Shown piece after piece: positions 58,969 through 64,000 of a DNA stretch of 64,000 nt. Location: the NCBI GenBank assembly GCA_010093815.1, contig ML996575.1. One strand, given 5' to 3'. The stretch's first letter is position 1, and the number at the start of each line of letters is the position of its first letter. The stretch comes from Pseudovirgaria hyperparasitica. Its lineage: Eukaryota. A program made the position numbers and the translations under genes. The notes under the pieces were generated by a model, which ran no database searches, had not been told where the DNA came from, and saw only the letters and a list, made by a program, of their open reading frames with translations.

Positions 58969-60189
58969 ATGACAACAACAGTACCAAACACCCTAACCTT
59001 CACCCAAGAATTGGAGAACAGCGCCATATGCATGACCTGCGGCACGCAATACGCCATCCCCCTCTCATCAGCCCCAAAGACATGCAGAATCTGCGCCGTA
59101 CGTAGAACAAAAACACCAGTCTCTCAAACCACCACATATCAATCAAACATGTAACAATACCCACAGGACCCAAGACAATTCATCCCCGGCAACGGCCAAA
59201 CCTGGTCCAGCTACGCGCAAGAGCGCAACAAGCACGAGAACCACTTCACCCAAGACCCGCACGACAAGCGGGATCTGGTTCATCAACACCGTGCCAAAGG
59301 CATGCATGCCCTCCTTTCAAAAAACCCCATCAGCACCGCACCTGTAGCTCTAGACACAACAACAACAAACAATCTAACAACCACCCCAGCTCGGCATCAG
59401 CCAGCGCGCAATCCTCATCCGAACCCCACACGGCAACATCCTCTGGGACCTCCTCGCATGGATCGACTCAAAAACCAAAACCTGGGTCCGTCGTTCCCCT
59501 TCTCCCCCTCTTCCAAACTCTAACCCCAAACCCCAAGATAACATCCCAAGGCACCCTCACAGCAATCATAATCTCACACCCACACTTCTACACCACCCAC
59601 GCGCTCTGCTCCACGCTCTTCCCACACGTCCCCATCCACACGCACGCCCGCGACACCGCATGGCTCAACTACCCCACAACCCAGCCCTCTCGCCGCTCAC
59701 AAGCCCGTCTCACACGATCCTGCCGGGACTCGTAACAGCCGTTTGCGCGGGCAGGCGGGCATTTTCCCGGCTCTCTGGTTCTGCACCTGGCGTCTGATTC
59801 GTCGCGCAGGGCGACTCTAGGCGGACTGGAAGCCTCGCCGGCAGAAGGATCAGATGGCTCGGCGGAGGCGGTGGGAACGCTGTTCGTTGCAGATACCTGA
59901 CGACGGTGCCGTCAGCGCATACGCCGGCTTTGCATCGGGTGCCTGGTACGCCGACGTATGCGTTCATGTGGAGTATTCCGAACATGCAGCCGCTGGCGCC
60001 GGAGGCGATATTTGGGATCTGGGAGGCGCTGAGCGGGCTGGACTTTGGGGCTACGTATGGCGCGCGTTCACGGGGCAGGATGTGCGGGATGTCGAGTTGA
60101 AGAGGAGGGTGCTGGAGAGCATGCAGGGACAAGTGAGACGGAGCGGGTGGGAAGAGGCTCAGGCGGACATCTTGAGGGTCAGGATGTGA
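58969..60189 (+). pseudogene. Frameshifted metallo-beta-lactamase-fold hydrolase with N-terminal CxxC...CxxC (pseudogene or locally mis-assembled gene)
   Basis: Recognisable blocks are ICMTCGTQY...CRICA-DPRQFIP, GISQRAILIRTPHGNILWD, IIISHPHFYTT, GHFPGSLVLH, LFVADT, YAFMWSIPNMQPL and DFGATYG. Joining them needs about 5 frame changes (near 59271, 59700, 59754, 59897 and 60063) that are not explained by introns. Confidence 0.75.
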
Positions 60190-60644
60190 GAGAATGGGAT
60201 GGATGATGCATACATATGTGGGCTCCAAGGAGAATGCAACTCCATCGAATCTGATGACAAGGGGGCACACTATCGTGAATGATCACCATGCTCAGAAACA
60301 TAATAATGAATCGATTTGTTTGCTCTTGCATTACAGACGCCGTATCAGACCAATTGAAACTATACCTAGCATACTCGTGCGGCCGACCCCATCTGACCAA
60401 AATAGACGAAGACTCATCCCATCGCTTGGCGAGGTAAACATTCGCGAAACGTCCATCCCCGGCTGGGTGTCATACGATTTTGTACAGGGCAACATATATG
60501 AAAACTTTAGCATGATGGGCCCAAACTAGACCACCTTCTTCAAAAGAGCAGTATATCCACCATCAGTTGAGTCGAAAGTGGGTATTACCGACGTATAAGA
60601 TGCAAACCTCGTGCAAATGAAAGGAACCAGGACCTTTCTAGTGA

Positions 60645-62514
60645 TCAAGCAGTGCCTGCTGGAACCTCGGTCGACTCTTTGACTGTCTTTTCTGGCTCGT
60701 CTTCATTTGCTTCTTCCGCTGCCGCATCAGACATGATAACATCTTTTGTTTCATCAGCTTCAGGCTCCTCCTTGGGAGGGACAGATTCCTCCTTATCGTT
60801 AGGTGCTGTCGATTCTTCCTTGTGGCCATTGGTGAAAGCAGGCGGCGCCGCTGTCACTGGTGTCTCGCTTGCACTCTCGAGAGTCTTGTTCCAAATATCC
60901 ATCAGGGCAGTGGATCTCTTGACGAAGTTGTACTCTTCATCCTTTGGAGGAACTGGCGAAAGCTTGGTGATGCCTCTCAGCACTTTGTGAATCTTGGTCG
61001 CTTTGATGATCTCGGCTTCCAAATCCTCGTGTTGTTCCAACTGCTTCAGATGACTGTCCATTGCATCCATATCTTCGGCTTTGGGTGCAGTATCCTTGTT
61101 CAAGAAACCCTTTTGTAAGCGATGACGAAGATACAGGACTGTCTTCTGCGTCTTTGCCTGCCTCTCAGGCCCGGTCAATTCCACCGCCGCAGGCGACGCG
61201 GTGGCTTCAGCCTTGGCCTTCTTCTCCTTCGGCTTCTTTGACTTTGGCTTCACAGCCGAGTCCGCGGCAGGGGTCTTGGGCCCATTAACCTTCAGCTTCT
61301 TAGGGGTCTTTGCCGCCTGATTACGACGTTAGTGTTGTCTGCCGCTTCAAGAGATATACATACTTTATCGTCCACATCGTCGCCGTCCTTCTTCCTCTTC
61401 TTATTCTTTTTGCTAGAGTCACCGGCAGCGTCTTCCATCTCTACGTCGTCGTCATCAGCCTTGGCACTCTTCCGACGCGCAGCTTGCTCCTTTTTAGCTG
61501 CCTTTTCTGCAGCGCGAGCCTCTTTTTCCTCTATATCCTGCTGAATGGCTACCTCGTGCTCAGAAAGCATTGTTTTGAACCATGATAAATCATGCTCCTC
61601 TGCGGCAATGCCGTAGGCGTCCCAGAGGCTTTGAGACTTCTTGCCTTTATCCTCGGTACTGTAGATACGCTTTACCTCTTCGACGTCAAGAGGTCGTAGA
61701 TCAGTGTTGACTAGCCAGGCACTGAGACGAATTCATCAGTAACAAGATCGCTGTGTAGGTATGCTAGAGAGTAGGCATGGCCTAAGATGGTGACAACTCA
61801 CAATTCGTTGGTACCAAGGAACATGACAGGGTAGCGACGGTCTCGCGCGTTTTTTTGGCCTTCGTGGAAATCTTCGCGATAAGATCCATCGGGTCGGGCA
61901 GCGCTGACAGGCCGCTTCGAAAGCAGACTTTCAGGTAGCATTTCCTCATCGCAGATGATGGCGGGCCACGGGGCGTGACCCTTGAATATGGCAAACCATA
62001 GGTCGCCCGGCTTCGCGTTCAGATGCAAGACAGGAGGGGCCTTCTTTTTGCTTGCCGGTGTCTTCTTGCCTTTGTGCTCAGGAACGCCAGAGGAGCCTTT
62101 TCGCTTGCCATTCTTAGGAGCTGGCGTGCTTACCGGGGCTGTATCTAGTCAGTGACCACTCAGGCTGAGCGCGTATAACGCGTCGCAATTGCTTGGACAG
62201 AGCGCGCATTACCGGGTGTAGCCGATCCGGTATCAGCATTATCTTGAGTTACGTCCTGCTTGGTAGCAGTGCCATTGGTATCACCGGTGGTGGCTACTTC
62301 TGCGACAATTAGATTTGTCGAAACTATGCTGCGCTGATTCGCAAGACCCACCTTCAGCGACACCAGCATCTTCCTTCGACTCAATTGCCTCAGTCGTTGT
62401 TGTAGTATCGGCAGCAGGGGCGCTCGCAGTTGTGTCTAGGTCAGCAGAACGCGTTGCCGTCTCCTCTGGCTTGGCGTCTGCGACAGGTGATTGTGCAGGT
62501 GCGTCGTCGGACAT
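60645..62514 (-). CDS. PWWP-domain chromatin protein (Pdp3/Ioc4-like) with a C-terminal TFIIS-N-like helical domain, multi-exon
   Basis: PWWP core GDLWFAIFKGHAPWPAIICDEEMLP...RRYPVMFLGTNE-AWLVNTDLRPL, K/E-rich linkers, and C-terminal VLYLRHRLQKGFL...DLEAEIIKATKIHKVLRGI. ATG 62514 (MSDDAPA). Four GT-AG introns. Confidence 0.85.
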
Positions 62515-64000
62515 TGTAAGGTGAGGGCGACAACGTGTGAGAACGTTGGGAAGATGTGCGGGTCGCTGATATGAGAGCCGACGCGTGTGGGATCGAGCGC
62601 GACGCGAAGGTTACGTGTAGAGACGTAAAAGAAGGTGGACTTGACGTGGAACGATGGTTGGGATGAAGTTGTCGATGAGAGGTGATGCGGGTGATGGATG
62701 GACGGAAGAACGGGGTGAGGTTGGTGTAGGAGGTTGAGAGAAAGCAAAGAACCACCTTAAGATTTGAACGCCGGCAGCAAGAGCTCGGTGGTGGGGATCA
62801 CGTGATTTGGTACGTCGGGTTGTTGATGCGCCACGCCAGTCCTCGGCTCGAGAAACGGCGGACCAGGCAAACAGACGAGTTTGCAGAGGCGATTGCTCTC
62901 GTATGGACGCAGTGAGATACGGACTCAACAATCTGGTCTTGCAATCCGGATGCTCATTGTTCTGCTGGGGAGGAATTTGCGTGCGTGGTCCAGGTGGTGT
63001 GTCCCGCTCGATCGGGGATCGCGCAACATCAGCAGCGCATTCGGCCGCCACCGCCCCGGGGCATCCAGCTCCTCATCGAAACCTGAACAAGCCCCTCATT
63101 CCTCGTCGCGATCAGTGCGTCTCATTCGAACAGACGACGACAAGGGTTTTGCGTTGTCGTCGTGTCGCATCATCTCTGCGAAACAAACCATCCCAAGCTC
63201 GAGGGCTTCTCTACGTCCTCTACTGCTGGCTTCTGAGCGACAATGTCATCTAGCCGAGTCGTTCGCTGTAAACCAGAACCACATTCTCCAGTTCCAGGCT
63301 CTTAGCTCGTAGCTGAGGAGCTTTACAGGTTCATACGTGCTCTGAGCTTTTCGAATCGAAACTGTAACGTGTAAATATTGGCGAGATCGCAATGATTCTA
63401 ATCACTCAGTAAATAACTTCAGGTGCAACTTGGATTACTGATGAACTATCACATCACCCGAGACGAGCAACGTCTATTTCGGTCGAGATAATTCGATTGA
63501 GAAGATGATCAAGCGTGCCTGCGTGTGTTAGTTGCAGTACTAGCGTAGGCTCAGAATTACTTACTAGCTACATTAACATACTGGTCCTGGACCCTATTAA
63601 CGTCTCGCCTCAAGACAGTCATCGTCCTAGCACCCTGACGCCCTTGACGCCCTTCAATATGCGCGGAAACTGCTTGAGTATCTCGAGCAGGTCCAGCATC
63701 ATATACACCTGCCGAGATAGGGCTATATCCGAAGGCAAGGTTATGGCACAGGAAGGATCGCCGACCATGTAATATCATAACTCAGCGAGATGTCCACTTT
63801 TAAGGTTTCTAGAATAGATACTCAAGTACGCCACCAGAGATGAATCTTCTCTAGCATAAGACGTGGACCGTTGGATCCAGTCACGCCACAGTTGCGTAAG
63901 ACACTTCACCAGAGGTACGAGATCACACCGAATCATCAATATAGTCCTGCCCTTGACCTTGTATACATTGACCTTGTATATACAAGGTCGTCAGAGATTC

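Noticed and set aside
1..64000. tRNA, rRNA, transposase/RT or secondary-metabolite cluster genes
   Set aside because: No cloverleaf with T-loop consensus, rRNA motif, DDE/RT motif or PKS/NRPS domain was recognised by eye; tRNAscan-SE, Infernal and HMM searches would be needed to exclude them formally.

Overview
Eukaryotic, intron-containing genomic DNA from a filamentous ascomycete (Pezizomycotina, probably a Dothideomycete; inferred from short GT-AG introns with CTRAC branch points, the gene content and abundant microsatellites). About 19 protein-coding loci are supportable: a PTH11/rhodopsin-domain membrane protein, a KLAP1-like two-zinc-finger protein, REX1-type exonuclease, cytidine deaminase, DIP2/UTP12, ARC35/ARPC2, LCL3, CPA2 (arginine-specific carbamoyl-phosphate synthase large chain), an SKG3/CAF120-like PH protein, pirin, DUF3807, FAS1 and PWWP proteins, several hypotheticals, and a frameshifted metallo-beta-lactamase-fold pseudogene. 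The most striking observation is in CPA2: the reading frame and the conserved N-Y-N-P-E-T motif are restored only by a ONE-nucleotide exon (T at 39223) between two unusually long introns, so skipping it would act as a frameshift switch. Other highlights are a 1.5-kb non-coding array of about 10 degenerate modules with palindromes and CpG-type transitions just downstream of CPA2, a pirin N-terminal extension cut by a single in-frame TAA, and a protein with periodic Trp motifs. No tRNA, rRNA, CRISPR or transposase was recognised. All exon structures were inferred by eye and need RNA-seq confirmation.
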